A stretch of 63,991 bases of DNA, counting the filler, from Neolecta irregularis DAH-3 (taxonomy: Eukaryota), in assembly GCA_001929475.1 (NCBI GenBank). It is 9 parts of 9 records of this genome, joined end to end, with 100 filler letters (N's around TTAATTAATTAA, not from the genome) between each part and the next. Parts side by side here need not be neighbours in the genome. Positions count along the whole stretch, not along the records: positions 1 to 25,834 come from LXFE01000468.1; 8 more parts are not named here. One strand, given 5' to 3'. Of this stretch, positions 8,837-22,878 are shown in pieces (position 1 is the stretch's first letter; every line of letters begins with the position of its first letter). The notes under the pieces were generated by a model. That model made no database searches. It was given only the letters and a program-made list of their open reading frames with translations, and was not told the origin of the DNA. The translations under genes and the position numbers were made by a program.

Positions 8837-9982
8837 ATGAGAGTCTTCACTTCTCTAGACTGGTAATTTGTACCATGATCTCCATTCACTAATAGTCTAC
8901 TACATAACCCACCGTTTGAAATCTTGGATGGTGATAAATCAGAATGGTTGGGTACCGTATTTCATAATCAAGCCTAACCTTTAGAATCCCCTGCTCGGAT
9001 AGAAAAAATCAAGCAAGTCTTGATAAAATCTGAACGATTCAAGTTTGAACAAGTGATGGATTTCGGTGAAAGCCCAATTCTAAAAGTTCATTCGCAAGAA
9101 TACGTTACTCATCTCAAAACTATATACGACAGATGGTACACAGTTTGAGAAAAAAGTTGACATCAGGGTATCCGAAGGACGGTCCTCAAGTGGAGTTATC
9201 CCGGAAACATTTCTTCACTTCAATCTTGTCGATTCAGATGACTTTTCTACTCATTCTGTGGCACAGGTTGGACGCTTTGCATTCGATATGACGAGTACAA
9301 TCACCAAAGATACCTGGAAAAGCGCGTATGCCGCAGTCCAGTGTGTCCTTTCCGGTGCAAATGCGATCATGAATGGAGGTAAAACAGCTTATGCACTTGT
9401 TCGGCCTCCAGGACATCATTCGACACAGGATCTTTGTGGGGGTTACTGTTACCTCAATCATGCAGCTATTGCAGCAAACTACTTGTCAGGGAGAAAAGTC
9501 ATTCTCGATGTCGGTATGGATTATCAAGAATCAATCTTGATGTTGTAGATTATCATCATGGGAATGGCACAGAAAAGATTGTCAAAGGTAATGAGGATAT
9601 TCTTTATGTATCACTGCATGCAGACGATGATTATCCATACTATACTGGACATAGAAATGCCGGTAATGCCATCAATATCCCTCTTCCTCGAACAACTACC
9701 ACCGACGAATATATTCTGGCTCTGCAAAAGGCAATATCCCATCATATCCTTCCTTTTCGGCCTGATTTTTTGATTATCTCCTTCGGAGTCGATACCTATA
9801 ACGAGGACCCAATCGCAGGGTTTTCAAATGTTGACCGAGGCATGTATACCCAAATGGGCCGGCAAATTTCTCAAAGCAAGTGTCCTTCATTATGGATTCA
9901 GGAAGGCGGTTATCATATGGAAACGCTAGGCGATATTGTAAAGGATGTTTTATCGTCATATATGGACGTTTTAGAGATTTGA
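8837..9982 (+). CDS. Histone deacetylase-family hydrolase (acetylpolyamine amidohydrolase-like), multi-exon
   Basis: ESPARI, RPPGHH, GGYCYLNHAAIAA, DVDYHHGNGT, YVSLH, SFGVD, QEGGY motifs. Confidence 0.88.
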
Positions 9983-10768
9983 AAGTTTTGGTTCTAGCAA
10001 GCACATTCCAGACAAATGTTCCATCTGGCGAATTGCTGGCGATGCATCATGTAGCGCAACCTTGATCGTCTTCATTCCCAACTGACGAGCTGTTCTCAAG
10101 TTCCTTGTTATTAATAATATTCACAAGCAAGTCTCACAAGCCAATGTCATCGATAAAGCATACTTTGCAAGGTTCAACTCCCATCTTCTCGCAAGCATGC
10201 AGATAAAACCTGGCATCAGGCTTTCGCATTCCTAGAATATGTGATTGAAAGTAATAATCCCCAAATATCCCTTTCAGTTCTTCTGCCAAGGGTTCAGATG
10301 TGGGAAACGAGTTTGTTAATGCTCCAAGGATGAATTGGCTACTCTCTGCAGCTCAGCATCACGCGTACGACAGACAGACCTTTAAGCTGTTTTACAGCGT
10401 TTAACATGGGTATTTGCAATATCCCCGTCTTCCCCATCATCTTTTCAAACAGCTCTTTACCATTTATGATGGGTGGTGTTTCATCTCCGAGTCTATCCCA
10501 TATCTTGCGGTCCGAGAGTTCTAGCCCGAATTGCTCATAAAACGAATCATCCAGAGGAATTTCACCTCTCTCCAACTTTTGAAAGGCACCGTCAGGCGAG
10601 TACGCAGCTCTAGAATAAGCAGTGTTTGTTTATTCAACCCTACATTACCCTATTTATGTAACCCCTTGGAATATTGTAATTTATTTCGTATTCTGATAAG
10701 CCATGCATAGGGCTCCTAGCAAGAACTCCCCCTATATCGAAGAGAAAGGCCTTGATTTCTGTAGCCAT
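9971..10768 (-). CDS. HAD-superfamily hydrolase (ACAD10/soluble epoxide hydrolase N-terminal-like), multi-exon
   Basis: Motif I AFLFDIGGVL, MRKPDARFY, FIDDIG.NL..ARQLGMKTI. Stop TAA at 9971-9973. Confidence 0.85.
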
Positions 10769-11714
10769 GACACGCTCCAGAAAGTAGCTGGTAGACCGAG
10801 GCGCGTAATATTCTTGGAGCAGGACGACCTTAAACGCGACATCAATTACAGGTTAACAACTTAATAGGCCGGAAATTCAGGCATAGGGCTCTCGTATAAT
10901 TAAACTTGATGAGAATCTTTGGGGATTTCTCAAAATTTAGCGGAAAATAGGGGGATATTTCTATATTGAGTTACATTAGAATTCATCCTTCACTCTGAGA
11001 ACCTTTGTGTCATTTGTTTGTTCGAATGATTAAACATTGTTAGTCGTCACCACTTACCAAGGCTATTTTACCCCCCTAGCAAATATCATGTAAAATGCCG
11101 TCATTTCTAGCGAAATTTCGTCATATCTGAAACACTATCTTTGACGAATTCAACGCAGCAACTGTCTTTCTTACCCCTCATTCCCCATTTCTGAGTAGGT
11201 CTGGGCTCGTATTGGTAATATTCACAGCGTTGAGATGACCAAAGGCTCTGAAAAAATAGCTATTTAACGCTCACCATTTCATACCCAGCAATTTATTTTC
11301 CGCGAAGAGTAGTATGCAGAGTTTTGTCAGCAAGCCAACGAAATAAACCACAAGTTTGGTCATCCTAATCAATAATTGTCCGAGTAAAGTCAATAAAAGA
11401 TCTTCAAGTAGTCTTTTGATTTAAAACTTGACTTGAGAAAAGTCCGTATGCACGAAATTTGATAGATGATGCTTCCTCCTATTCCTCTACATAATTAAAC
11501 CCGCCGTTCTAGAAGACATATTGAGTTCCAGAATTTATGATTTAAACTCACCAAGCTAAATATTGAAAATATGCCCTTTCCTTGGCAAGCTATATGTGAA
11601 GGAAAAAGAATCGTGTGGTCGAGATTGTGTCGCCGTTCCAATCCACCTAGCTTAGAGCCGACCACCACTCTATATATTTGCTTCTTCGTGGTACTTGCTG
11701 AACTCTCCTCGAGG

Positions 11715-12388
11715 ATGTCGACTTTATCGCGTAATCGTCTTCAGGAAGAAAGGAAGCAATGGCGCAAAGACCATCCATATGTAAATTATTTTTGATTATA
11801 GCATATATAACATTTAGGGCTTCTTCGCAAAACCCAACAAGGCCCCAGATGGATCTCTCGATCTAATGAACTGGAGTGTTGGAATTCCAGGAAAACCTAA
11901 TACGAGTTGGGAAAAGGGCATATATAAGCTTACAATGAGCTTCCCAGAAGGTTCGTCCATCAAAGTTATGGCATGTATTCATGCCATTTAGAATATCCAA
12001 CCAAACCCCCAAAATGTTGGTTCGATTATACCTGTTCCATGATATGACTGTCTACTGATGAATGATAGGCAAATTTTCGCCTCCGCTCTTTCACCCCAAT
12101 GTATACCCCTCTGGCACCATTTGTTTATCTATTTTGAATGAAGACGAAGGTTGGAAACCAGCTATCACTATCAAACAGGCGGGTTTTGTAGAGTTATGAT
12201 ATTGACATTGTAGATTGTCCTTGGCGTGCAAGAGTTACTCGATAATCCTAATCCTGAGTCTCCCGCACAAAGTGAAGCCTATGGACTGTTCAAGTATAAT
12301 CCTTATCTTGCCTATAGTAATATCCAGACGGGATAAGATTGCATATGAAAAAAGAATTCGCCAACAAGCGAAAGAGATGGCGGCTTGA
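11715..12388 (+). CDS. ubc9: SUMO-conjugating enzyme Ubc9/Hus5, multi-exon
   Basis: [58 protein letters not shown]. Confidence 0.96.
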
Positions 12389-12516
12389 ACGATCACAAAG
12401 TCCTTCGTAATCCCGCTAAATGACTTGTCTATGTTTCGACAATCATAAATTTTTGTATCCCAATGTATTACTAAAGCAGCATTTGGAAAGTAGGAAAGAC
12501 CATATTTACCTTCTCC

Positions 12517-14144
12517 CTAGAGACCTGGGGGTGGTGGAACACTATTGTAGCCACCTTGACCATTACTAGCAGGGGGTGGAGGAGATCCGGAATATTGCTG
12601 TTGGTTGGTATTTCCGCCATCTGTAGCCTTAGCAATGGTTAATTGTACAAGAACTGCACAGAATGGTTGTTGATACTGTGGATATGTTCCATAAGCTCCA
12701 TTATATGGGTCATTGCTTCCGAAATTGCCAAACGGGTTTCCCGTGGGAACAGTTGCTTTTGTGCCGGGAGCAACTCCAGGTGCGTTATACTGAAATAATT
12801 AACGTTCTGGATACACCGCAAACATACTCCTGGCGGTGGGCTTGCAAATTGAGCGGCTGGAATAATATTTGCTCCTGTTTTCTGCGCTTCGTGCTGAGCT
12901 GCAACTGTCTTGACGAGATCTTCACAAAGTTGTTTTGAGCGTTGGACTTCAGCGATATCTGGCCCACTGAGAGTCAATAAAGCTAAACAATGATTACGAA
13001 CGTAATGTGAAGATAAAGAGGCTCATCGCTTTCTTGACCAGTCGCAGGATCTACGAAACCAGATCCAATTCCTTTTATCTGAACCCGGGTTTTCGTTTCT
13101 TGCTGGATGTGTTTAACAAATTGCCCCTAATTGTCAAAAATGATACTGGAAACTCCCTTTTACACTCGGTCCAACTACTTGAGCCCGAATGTTGAAGCCT
13201 TTAATCTGCTCGAGACTAATATAGACTCGCTCTTCAGGCCATTTTCGCTATGGGCTTAGCTATGGCACAAGTATAATTCCAACCCTTCCAAATTCGTCCC
13301 TCTCGAAATCTTCCTTCTTTCTCAATCGGCGTTCATCGATTAATGGACCAAGAGCTGTGTCAATAAGTGCTTCCACTTTCCTGACAGCAGCTTCGAGACC
13401 TGTCTTTGTGGTGCTGGTTATGTGAAGAAATAGAGGTGGGTCCGCAGTTGTGGCGAGGGTTTTATCCGGATAATATTTTCCACGTGTGGTGACATCTAAG
13501 AAGCGTAAGAGGTTGTCTGGCTTAATGTAGGTATGGGTACCGGCTCCAGTGTCGTCCTTGATCTAGAGTCTAGTCAGCATTCAGTATGCCTAAAGCGAAT
13601 ATTTCAAGCCGCTGTTTGCTCAGTATAAATCTTCGCAAACAGGAAATGAGGATTTTTGGGAAGAAGGTTTAAGTACCTGTTTCTGGGTCGAACCTTTCGT
13701 CAGTACATATCTGTTTCGTAGATCATTGATCTCGATATCCTTGATAAAATCGTCATTTTCACGATACATATCCTCTAAGCCTGGGATTGTGGGAGATTTC
13801 GGTTGAGGTGGAGGTGGTGGAATGCATGCCTTGAGATGATTAATCCAATGATACAGAATTAAAGGATTCATGTACTTTCCGTACCGGAACAGCCGGCTTC
13901 GGGAAATCCTTCTTTGCCTTCAGCAAGGCATTGATCTTCGCAGCAGCTGCGGCTAGATTTTTCAGAATCTGCAAGAAGTGTTGGTTTTACCAGCTTTTTG
14001 CGCAGGGGTCATTTCAGCAGGATCGTTTGAAGATGACTTTACAGCTGAGATTGGACTTTCCGCTTTATCTTTCCTGAGCGACTTGGCAGGAACCTCGCTC
14101 TCTGTTTTCTCCACCCATTTGCGCTTGCGGCGATCTTCGGACAT
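12517..14144 (-). CDS. KH-domain RNA-binding protein (KHDC4/BLOM7-like), multi-exon
   Basis: KDIEINDLRNRYVLTKGSTQ, TGADVTTRGKYYPDK, VKHIQQETKTRVQIKG.GSGF and a Pro-rich C-terminus ending VPPPPGL*. Confidence 0.85.
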
Positions 14145-14872
14145 AGTATTGCGTTGAAGTCAGATCGGGGAACGATGGTGGAAGAAAGACGAAAGCTGTT
14201 CCCCACTCCAACATTTCCGTTCGCCTCAAATAATGTAGACGATCTTTACATCGAATATATTCAGAATTGTCACAAATTTACTTTGCCGAATGCGTCTTGG
14301 AATCAACGAAGCTTCATCAATGTATGGATCGGGAGCAGCAATTTTGACCAGACAGATCAATCTTTGAAAATGTTCACGTGTCATCTCTTATATCATCATT
14401 TTGTCTTCGTAAAACTAGGTTTGATTTATTATTAGTTGATTTTCAGTTCGCAGCAAGATAGGAGAGAGTCAAGGTCCAAACAAACAGCCTCCTTGCGTAT
14501 TGTACTAAATTTGGATTGAACTTATGAGGAACAAAAGTGAGAAAATTTGTCTCAGACAAAAATAGCATTGCCTTGCTGATTGACTTCTTCGCTGGCAGAT
14601 CAGAAATAATTGTCAACAATTGACTAGCCTCTTGATTCTTTGAACCAGCGCAAAACGCTCATTTTATCATAATTGTTTTAATATTCTCTTTGACCGGTTT
14701 TTGGCTCAAACCGCTCCAGAAGCTGTGGCCTGCTTAAGTAGGGGATAATCCCCATAGACGTATTAACAACAGAATGATTTGATTAACTGTGCCAAGAAAA
14801 GTCAGACGTGGCTGTGCACTTGGCATATAATACAGATAGGGGCAAGCCCATTTTGATCCATTCTCTACAATC

Positions 14873-15418
14873 ATGTCGGCCTACTCTGCAATAGCTGCAA
14901 TGTCACTTTATTCCTGTCCCAAAGGCCCATCTCGTCAGGAACAGGCTGCCGATCCCAAAAAGTGCAATCACATGAATAAGACACTAAAAAGAGCGATGTA
15001 CGCATTGGTATCGTCACTTGCATTCATTTTGCTTGCCTCCTTGGCTTTCGTGCAAGAGGACGTGCAGTATTTATATAAGCGTCAGATATCCAGCTATTCG
15101 AACTCGGGGGGCAGTTCCTTTACGCAACACAAGCTATGGGCTATAATTGTCGTGGTCGTAGGTTCTGGCATCCCCTTTACAATTTCATGCTTATCTTCAA
15201 TAGGCCTTGCTCTACTGCTTGTCGCAGGTGTATGTATTGCTGCATGCTGCTGTCGAGAAAGCTTTAGAAATCCGATCTGTTGTCCCTGCTATACTTGTGC
15301 TTGCTGTGGCTGTCTAGGTATGTTTATCCTAACTATACACAGGTATTGAATATCTTTAGGGCTGATTGAGTGTTTAAGTTGTGGGTTGTGTGCCCAAGGA
15401 GTAGCAGACCTTGTGTGA
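14873..15418 (+). CDS. Small membrane protein with Cys-rich C-terminal tail
   Basis: Hydrophobic segments followed by CCC...CCPCYTCACCGC. The intron at about 15319-15359 joins a last exon LIECLSCGLCAQGVADLV*. Start codon uncertain. Confidence 0.6.
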
Positions 15419-15588
15419 AAGGATTATAATATCTTTGTAATAGAGTCAAATTTTGATGACATACATATTTTAAATACACACATTCCTTCCTCCCAACAGC
15501 TTTAGCTCCTTCTTTCCTTCTATCCAAAAGTCCAGATAACCTTACAATTGACTGTCCTTTCATAAAATTCCCACAGAATTTAATGGCA

Positions 15589-18231
15589 TTAGAGACGTCT
15601 CCCCGTCTGTAAAAGGATACCATCACTACGTACAAGAAGCAAAGGTCGTGCGATTGTAGAGGGCGGATATACGCATTGGACCCTGCTTCCGAAATCGAGA
15701 GTTTCGTATTGAAGTGCTTCGTCTCCCAACCAGACTGAAACCTTTTCAAGGTAGTCCCCGTGCACAGTGAAGTACCCATCAGTAAAAGTGATATCAGTAA
15801 CATACGGCATATCTAAAGGTTCGGCGATGATCGTAGCGGGTGGAATATATAGTGTGTACTTTCTCTCAACTAAATTTGTTAGCATTACTATCTTAAAACA
15901 TAATCGCACTAGTTGCAACTATTGTCCACACAGCCGTCTCAGGTACCTCAGCCATAATAGTCATATTGGTTGAGATAGCAAATTCTAAGTTCTGGGTCGG
16001 TATCAAAGGCACTGGACTGAGACAGGGTGATTTACGTCCGCGCACACCGACGTTATTGGACATACAACTTAGTAACCCTCCTTCTTTAAGTTCCAGAGCA
16101 ATCTTCTGCAAACTAGTCACAGGTTCGTCAAAATGTTTCGACTCGTTCGATACCTTTCGAATAATCATCGCTGGCGACACATTGCCAGTTCGTTTGCATT
16201 GGAGAATAACACTTTGATTGTAAAGGATTGGCGAGGGTTTGTCAGTTGTTGATGACGTATTCTCTGCATGGAAAATGAAGAACTGGTCCCAGACAGAGGG
16301 AAGGGCTGTCAACATGCAGTTTTCCTCTGTCGAAACGCCCAGGAATCGAGTGTTGCTGTATTGACTCTTCAGGCGATTGTAAAAAGCAACAGTCCCCCCG
16401 TCAAACAGACAGCCTACTTTTGTTAAAAACATCCAACATTATGTGACGAATGCCTTCAATATTTCTTGTTCCCGTTCGCTTCTGAGGTGGTTTGCTCACA
16501 ATTGAGATTGATGGGATTTCAAACCTCATCTTCCCAATCGTCGTATGCGTAGTGACTTTGACGGAGGTTGTCTTTTTCTTATTGTCCTCACCTTTGCGAA
16601 ATTGTTCACTCAAGTAAAGATTGCGGAAACTTGCTCTAATGCTGAAGACTTCGTCGTCCTCTTGATTTCGAAGTTTAACTCCATCTCTTGCAAAATATTC
16701 GAGGTCTCCGGACTGTTGGATCTCGCCTCCCTCAGTGTGCTCACCCATACAGGCGAAAATGGCGGTCCTTGATAGCGGAGAGATCCAATTCTTCCCAGGA
16801 AGATTGACAATAGGGGGAGGACAAAGCAAGCTTGTTTTTCAGACACGACAGGGAGGATATTTCTACCGCTTCTCGGTCCCATAACTTTTCTGGACTACTC
16901 GCGATGCTTGGATAATTATCTGATACTCTCCTGGCGAACTGCAAGAAGAATCGGACAGATAAAACTGAATTTTAGGTCTAATCGTTAATGAAGAACCAAC
17001 ACATTGAACACTTCATAAGCGATCCAGAAACAAGGGGGGGCGAAGATGGCGTTCTCGACATTATTCGGCAAGCAAGCGGTCTATATGTAGCTTCTGGAGA
17101 GGAGATCATCCGCTTTCGTGAGGATGCAAGTTGCGAGATAGGTCTCGAGGTGGATATTGGTGTATATGTTCGAGATGACTCTCGAGAAGAGCTTGATGAG
17201 TGACTAAATAGTGATGACTGAAGTGAAGGCGCAGATGCGATATAGTGTGACTGTTGAGCTTCGGTCAAAAATGAATTGTGTTTTGTTAAGGGGATGTTCT
17301 CTGGACTTTGCAAATGTAAAGCCGTGTCATCTAACACTTCTCTAGAAGGTATAAATTGAGATTTACTCAGCGCTTTAGCAGCACTGGGGCCACTCTTCTT
17401 CTTGACTTTTGTGGATGTATGGGATTGATCAACAGCATTGTGGCGATAAAGGCGTGGATGGGCGACCAAAGGCCATGAAGGACTGCGATTTAAAATTCGC
17501 GGTGATAGGAGTTCAAGTTCAGTCGCTGAGTTGTCTCGTTGGAACAAGTTGAAATCCCGCGGAGCAAAGAGAGATGTTGAGACCTCGCCCATTGGAAACT
17601 CAGTTGTTCGGGATTGGGGTTCAAGCGTTACTAAATTGTTGGGAAAGAGTTTGGATATGTGGAATTCGTCGTCTGAACATGGGAAGGGGTTTGTAATTTG
17701 AGGTTCGTCCATATGTGTATCGGATGGAAGTATTGAAGCGGAATGGGATTTAACAAATACGGGACGCGCATGTGTGAGGCCAATAGGCGAAGTGGTTTGG
17801 CTTCCAAGACTTTGCCAATCTGTGAAATGGGGAGAAGAGGACATCCCAGTTGGAGAGTATGTATTCAAATCCTGTGGACTAGAAGGTTAATGCGGAATTA
17901 GAAGTGGGGAAACGGTCTCAAATGCCTGTTGACGATCAAAAACAGGTAGCATATCAAACGTATCAATAGCTTCTGAAGTTTCCCAAAGGTTTTGCGGGTA
18001 TGTTAATTGAATTGATTCGTCGAGCTCAACCAAAGATGATAAAGCCGAAATCGAAACTGATGAATCCCTACGGAGGAAAGAATGATCTATGCTTGTTTCC
18101 TCAGCGTCGCTATAGGTGGTATTAGAATTTTGATGTTGCAGAGTAATTGGGTAGAGGTCGCGATAAGATTTTGTATGATGAAGAATTGATGATGGTTTAC
18201 TGTTCGAACGATAGAGGGGAAATTCTGCCAT
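15589..18231 (-). CDS. CSL (CBF1/Su(H)/LAG-1, RBP-J) family transcription factor, Cbf11/Cbf12-like, multi-exon
   Basis: Spliced VVQKSYGTEKRLLCPPP, FRNLYLSE, IVSKP, VAFYNRLKSQ..NTRFL (beta-trefoil) and VSVWLG...PLLLVRSDG (IPT). Long low-complexity N-terminus; 5' end uncertain. Confidence 0.88.
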
Positions 18232-19804
18232 ACCTACAGATAGCAAACAGCGTGGATATTGAGTCGATCTGCAGTTTGTTATCCACATGTTTGGAAAGAT
18301 GTGAAATGAGGGCGGCGATACCTTTATCCTGGCAATACAACTGTTCATGAAATGCAAGAACAAAGAAACCGTCAAATCTGCCGGTGGAGCAGCAAGATAT
18401 ATGACAGTAATCTTGCTATCGGTAAACTGTGAGTAAATGTGGTGTCTGGATGGGCCGTCCTTTTATATCTAATTGCATGGCTCATTGAGCCCATCACCAA
18501 AGTAGAGTCTATACCAAAAAAGCAATTTCTAGTGGCGCAGCAATTATGTTAGCGATGCTGACCTTCTCTTCCGAAAACAGCATTGGACTGCCTTCACTAC
18601 CTTGCCCAGGCTTCCGCTAGGAATGTATCTAGAATCCGCGTGAGACGACGAGTATTTCCGAAGGGGTCGGAGCAGACAAGCCTAATGTAAGGTTGAGAAA
18701 GCGATGCGAAATAAGGAAAATAACTGTAAAATCGCATAGTTTGATGAGAAACTTTCATGTGACGGAAACACAGCAGTTTATATGAAGATTGGAGGTTTTG
18801 AAAAACTGTCTTTCACGTATACAATCGAAATCGAAGAGACCCTCGTCATTATGCATTGAATATTGCAACTAGAGCTGCCCAGTCAATGGACCTGTCGATC
18901 GATATTGTTTAGCGGGAAAGCTAGTTCAATATGAGTAATAAAAACCCACAAACATAAAGGTGAGGCGCTAGTCATTCAAATGCGAAGTTTTGCATTGTAG
19001 ATACGTTGCAGAGAATGAAGCCAGGGGAGACTGTTCTAGCCTGGTCGAAGCAACAAATAGATAAATCGTGCAATACGAAAGAGATGGCGCTGCATAGGCA
19101 ACAGGCCTTATTTAGATAGTTTAAACAGGCAGGTCCCTGCGAACAGAATCTTTGACAGCTTTCCAGCAGTGGCTGCCGCTGATCATCGTCGCCGTGTGTA
19201 TATCGCTAGTCTAGAAGTTCCGACACCTTCCCAACGCCAACGGCCGAGTGTAGAGAAACCCTTGCAAATTTACATGTCTTATCTCAATAGCAGTTATTGG
19301 AGCAAAATGAATCACAGTTCATGTTGAGACCATGCCTAGTTGCGGGGCATATTGTTTGGAAGAAGCTAGAGCCTACTCTAACTTAATCGCTTTCATCAGC
19401 ACATCATCGAAAAATTATCTACGAGCTACACTCCACTATTTCAGGCTCTCATGCTTTGTCAGACCCCTACTCATTTGCATGTGTATTATTAATAACTAAT
19501 AAACGAGGGTCCCTGCACTATGCAGCCATTAAGCCATATTTCCTCACAAGTCGAGCCTCCCTCCCTCGAGATTTGATATATTGCAGCGCATAGTGCCTAT
19601 ATTTAGTCGTCGAAATGACGGTATGCTATTTTCCGTCTTTATTGCGGCGAGGGGCAATTGACGCTTTGCAGTTGAGGGACTCTGGTGTAATGATTGTCTT
19701 GCAAAGGTCCCTCTGTCTTCTATCTATAAAAAGCCTTCTAAAAAGACAGGAAAATTTCTGCCTGAGGATCTTTATCTCCCTCGAGTCCATTTGACACATC
19801 TGAA

Positions 19805-20660
19805 ATGAAGTCGTTCAGTATCGTTTCACTTTTGTTTGCCCTTTCGGCGATGTCATCTCCGGCGGCCAGTCCGGGCAATCATCGAAATGTTACAACTACA
19901 TCTGCCCCGGAAACCTCAACAACTATTCCTCCACAAACTGTAACGCTGCCGGCTACCATCTTAACAACGCTTCACTCCACGATTTCATCGTGCTCCAAAG
20001 GACCTTGTCCAGTTGCGACGTTGACAGTACCAAAATCTCCGACCCCTTGCACAACGACCTTCACTGTTACTAGCAAGTACACTTCGAAGGACACTGTCTG
20101 ATACCTTGTAGAGCCTACCACAATCACAATCGTCGATGTGGCTTTTGTTTGTCCAACTACAGGTGTTTTTACCCACACTTTTATGTCTCCGGTCGTTACT
20201 CCAGAAACTCCTACCATCACGTTGACAGCGACTCAAACTGTCACACATATGAGCATTGTCACTTTTTGGTACTTTTTGCTTATATTTGTCCGCTAATTCC
20301 TCCAGCCCCGAACCAACTACGATCGTGCACTCGAATACCACTGTTGTCGTACCAACGCCAGGGACGGTCACGTTTGTTGTCATAACCACTATTCCGTGCC
20401 TCCCGCCAGTCATTACGCGATCCCATTCAACTCCTCGGCCTCTGCCCACATTTTGTAATGTAAGTAGGGCTACGACCTCGGTCAATCTTGTTGTTGCTAG
20501 CACTGTGCCGATTCCTAAGAACTCCTCGGTACCCATACCCGTCATCCAACCAAATGCAACCCCTACTACACTTCCAATCTTTAAAGGGATAGCCGCTAAA
20601 ATCGACTTGAGCAAGATAGGCCTTGGGCTGATTACCTTTGCTTTCGCGATTCTAGCATGA
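19805..20660 (+). CDS. Secreted Thr/Pro-rich, probably GPI-anchored cell-wall protein
   Basis: Signal peptide MKSFSIVSLLFALSAMS, T/P/V-rich body with scattered Cys and a hydrophobic C-terminus GLGLITFAFAILA*. Frame changes imply introns. Confidence 0.7.
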
Positions 20661-21035
20661 GACAATTGAGGGTCTTTTCTTGTGGTTCTTTCTTCTGAAA
20701 TAGCTAGTTTTATTTTTATCATAGATAATAATTACGTTATTCGGTACTACTGCAGCATTTCTACAATGTGCCTTTACTTTGCTATAGTTGCTGAAGAGGG
20801 ATTGATTATTTACCGTCAATAGTCTAAGTAGTCCGTTAATAGAGACTGACATTCTCGAATGGGAAAGCAATAATGCTGCCGCTGATTGTAAAGATTACAG
20901 ACAACAGAAATGTAATATAAAACGAGGAAGAAGAGCTAAAAAATATGGACCAAATACACAACCATGAACGCACTGGAAGGTCAAGACGAGGCTTGTACAA
21001 GAGGAACATGTCAAAGTCGGAACGCATTACGCAAG

Positions 21036-22591
21036 TTATTGATCTGCCGAATTCAAATTTCCTGTAGATAAATCTGCAGCCGGATATCCGTTAACTTTCG
21101 AGGCATCGGTTTCATCTTGCACTTCCATTTCTTCGTTATATTGGACCATCTCTTTATCGCTGTTTAGCGTCCGCGAACCATCTTCTAGGTATTAGAAAAC
21201 TCAATAAAGCTACAGAAACCGTTGATGATAAACCGAGTCTGTATCGAATGCTGGCTATCTACCAAGCCGTAATCTTTCTCAAACTCGTCATCACTGCATT
21301 CGATAACATCTTTATTATGCCGATAACCAGGTCCTCTGCATTCAGCTTGCCATCAGTTTCAGACTCGGGAGTTCATTCATACCATAGTGTGGAGGCGCGC
21401 AGGGTCCATCTCCCTGAGCAACACGATCGGCAATCATCTTGTACCATTCGGCCTTTGTTTTTCCCTGAAGAAGTCCAACAATGATCACGGTCATGTTATC
21501 ACAACCAACTCCGCCAGTCTCACTGGAAGGTGCCATACAATTATCCATGAGATTCTCACAAATCTTGTGGAGTTCCTGGTCAGCTGTTATACCCCGACGA
21601 ACGAACTTTATAACTTCTTCTGATGATTGACAATCCCAGATGCCTACAAATGAGCAACAAAATGGACGGATTGTACCATCGCAGGCAACCACTATGAATT
21701 CATCATCAGCGGTGATTTGATGTTCTGTGACATCAGGGAAAGCTTTTATTAGTTGGTGATTGATATGGAAGTGATACCAGTGACGATTTGATTTTCTGGC
21801 GAAATACTTGCGTTCTTCTTGAATTCAAAATCCCCAATTGCTCTTGAAAGAGCCAGATTCCCAGATTATAAGACTTGACTTGTTCATAGATCCATACCAT
21901 TTACTCTTCCGAAATCGACGTACCCCCCGGCCGCACATATTCTTGCCTTCTCGACTACCAGTTAAGCCAACCCTCGTGATGTTCATACTTTCGTTTTGCG
22001 GCTTATGGTCGAAGGATAACGGCTTTGACTGACCCCTGCAACCTAGAACAGCTCTGGAGTCACCTGCGTTTGCCTGACATTAGCATGCCCGATATTTGAT
22101 GTACAGTAAAGATCCGGTTATCGTCTGTCACTATGCAACATGTTGCAGTACAGCCTGATGGGTCGTCATTATATCGATTATCTAGGATTTATAACATATA
22201 TTTATTCAGGGTGTATACCTGCAAGGATTGCTTCGTCGATTGCAAGAAAGGCATATTTTAATGCTTGCTCGTAGTTGCCTTGAGTGAAAGCTTCTTGTTT
22301 TGCAATAAAAGCGTGCAAATTCAGGCCCGTAAAATGTGCGACTGAATTTCCTGCAGGAAGCTATCAAAGATGTTGATAAAGTTGGGAATGAATACCCCCA
22401 TGACCGTCGTACACGCCGAAAAAACTATTTTTTTTGCCGGCTTCTTGTGTCGGGAGCGAAAGAATAGTAGCATGAGCATCCTCCATTGAAATCCTCCAAC
22501 CCTGCATGTCGGAAAGGCCATAAATCAATCGGTCGTCCTCGCCCGAAGCAGATCGTTTCTCAGTTACAGGTTCCGACAGGACTTGGCCCAT
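21036..22591 (-). CDS. ptc2: Protein phosphatase 2C (Ptc2/Ptc3), multi-exon
   Basis: [62 protein letters not shown]. Confidence 0.93.
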
Positions 22592-22878
22592 ATTAACCGT
22601 GTCTCAGCGACAGACTTGCCGAGGTGAAAATCAAACGCAAATGATTGCAGAATCTTGTAAAATAATGCAAGAATGGGGTATGGGAGGTTGGTGGTTAGTT
22701 TGGTGGTGGCGTCGTGGCAATCTTTTGCCATTTCCGGAAGACAATGTGTATAATGCATATATAAATGTACAAATCTGCGATAAAGAGCATAAAGAAACTA
22801 ATGAATGACCATATCCCATCTATATATCCGAAGCAAACCAATGAAGGATCACACGAAAGAAATTTATTTATAACCCCT

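Noticed and set aside
8837-9982. Bacterial-type acetylpolyamine amidohydrolase as a recent horizontal transfer
   Set aside because: The gene has several host-type introns and background composition; no evidence of recent transfer without a phylogeny.
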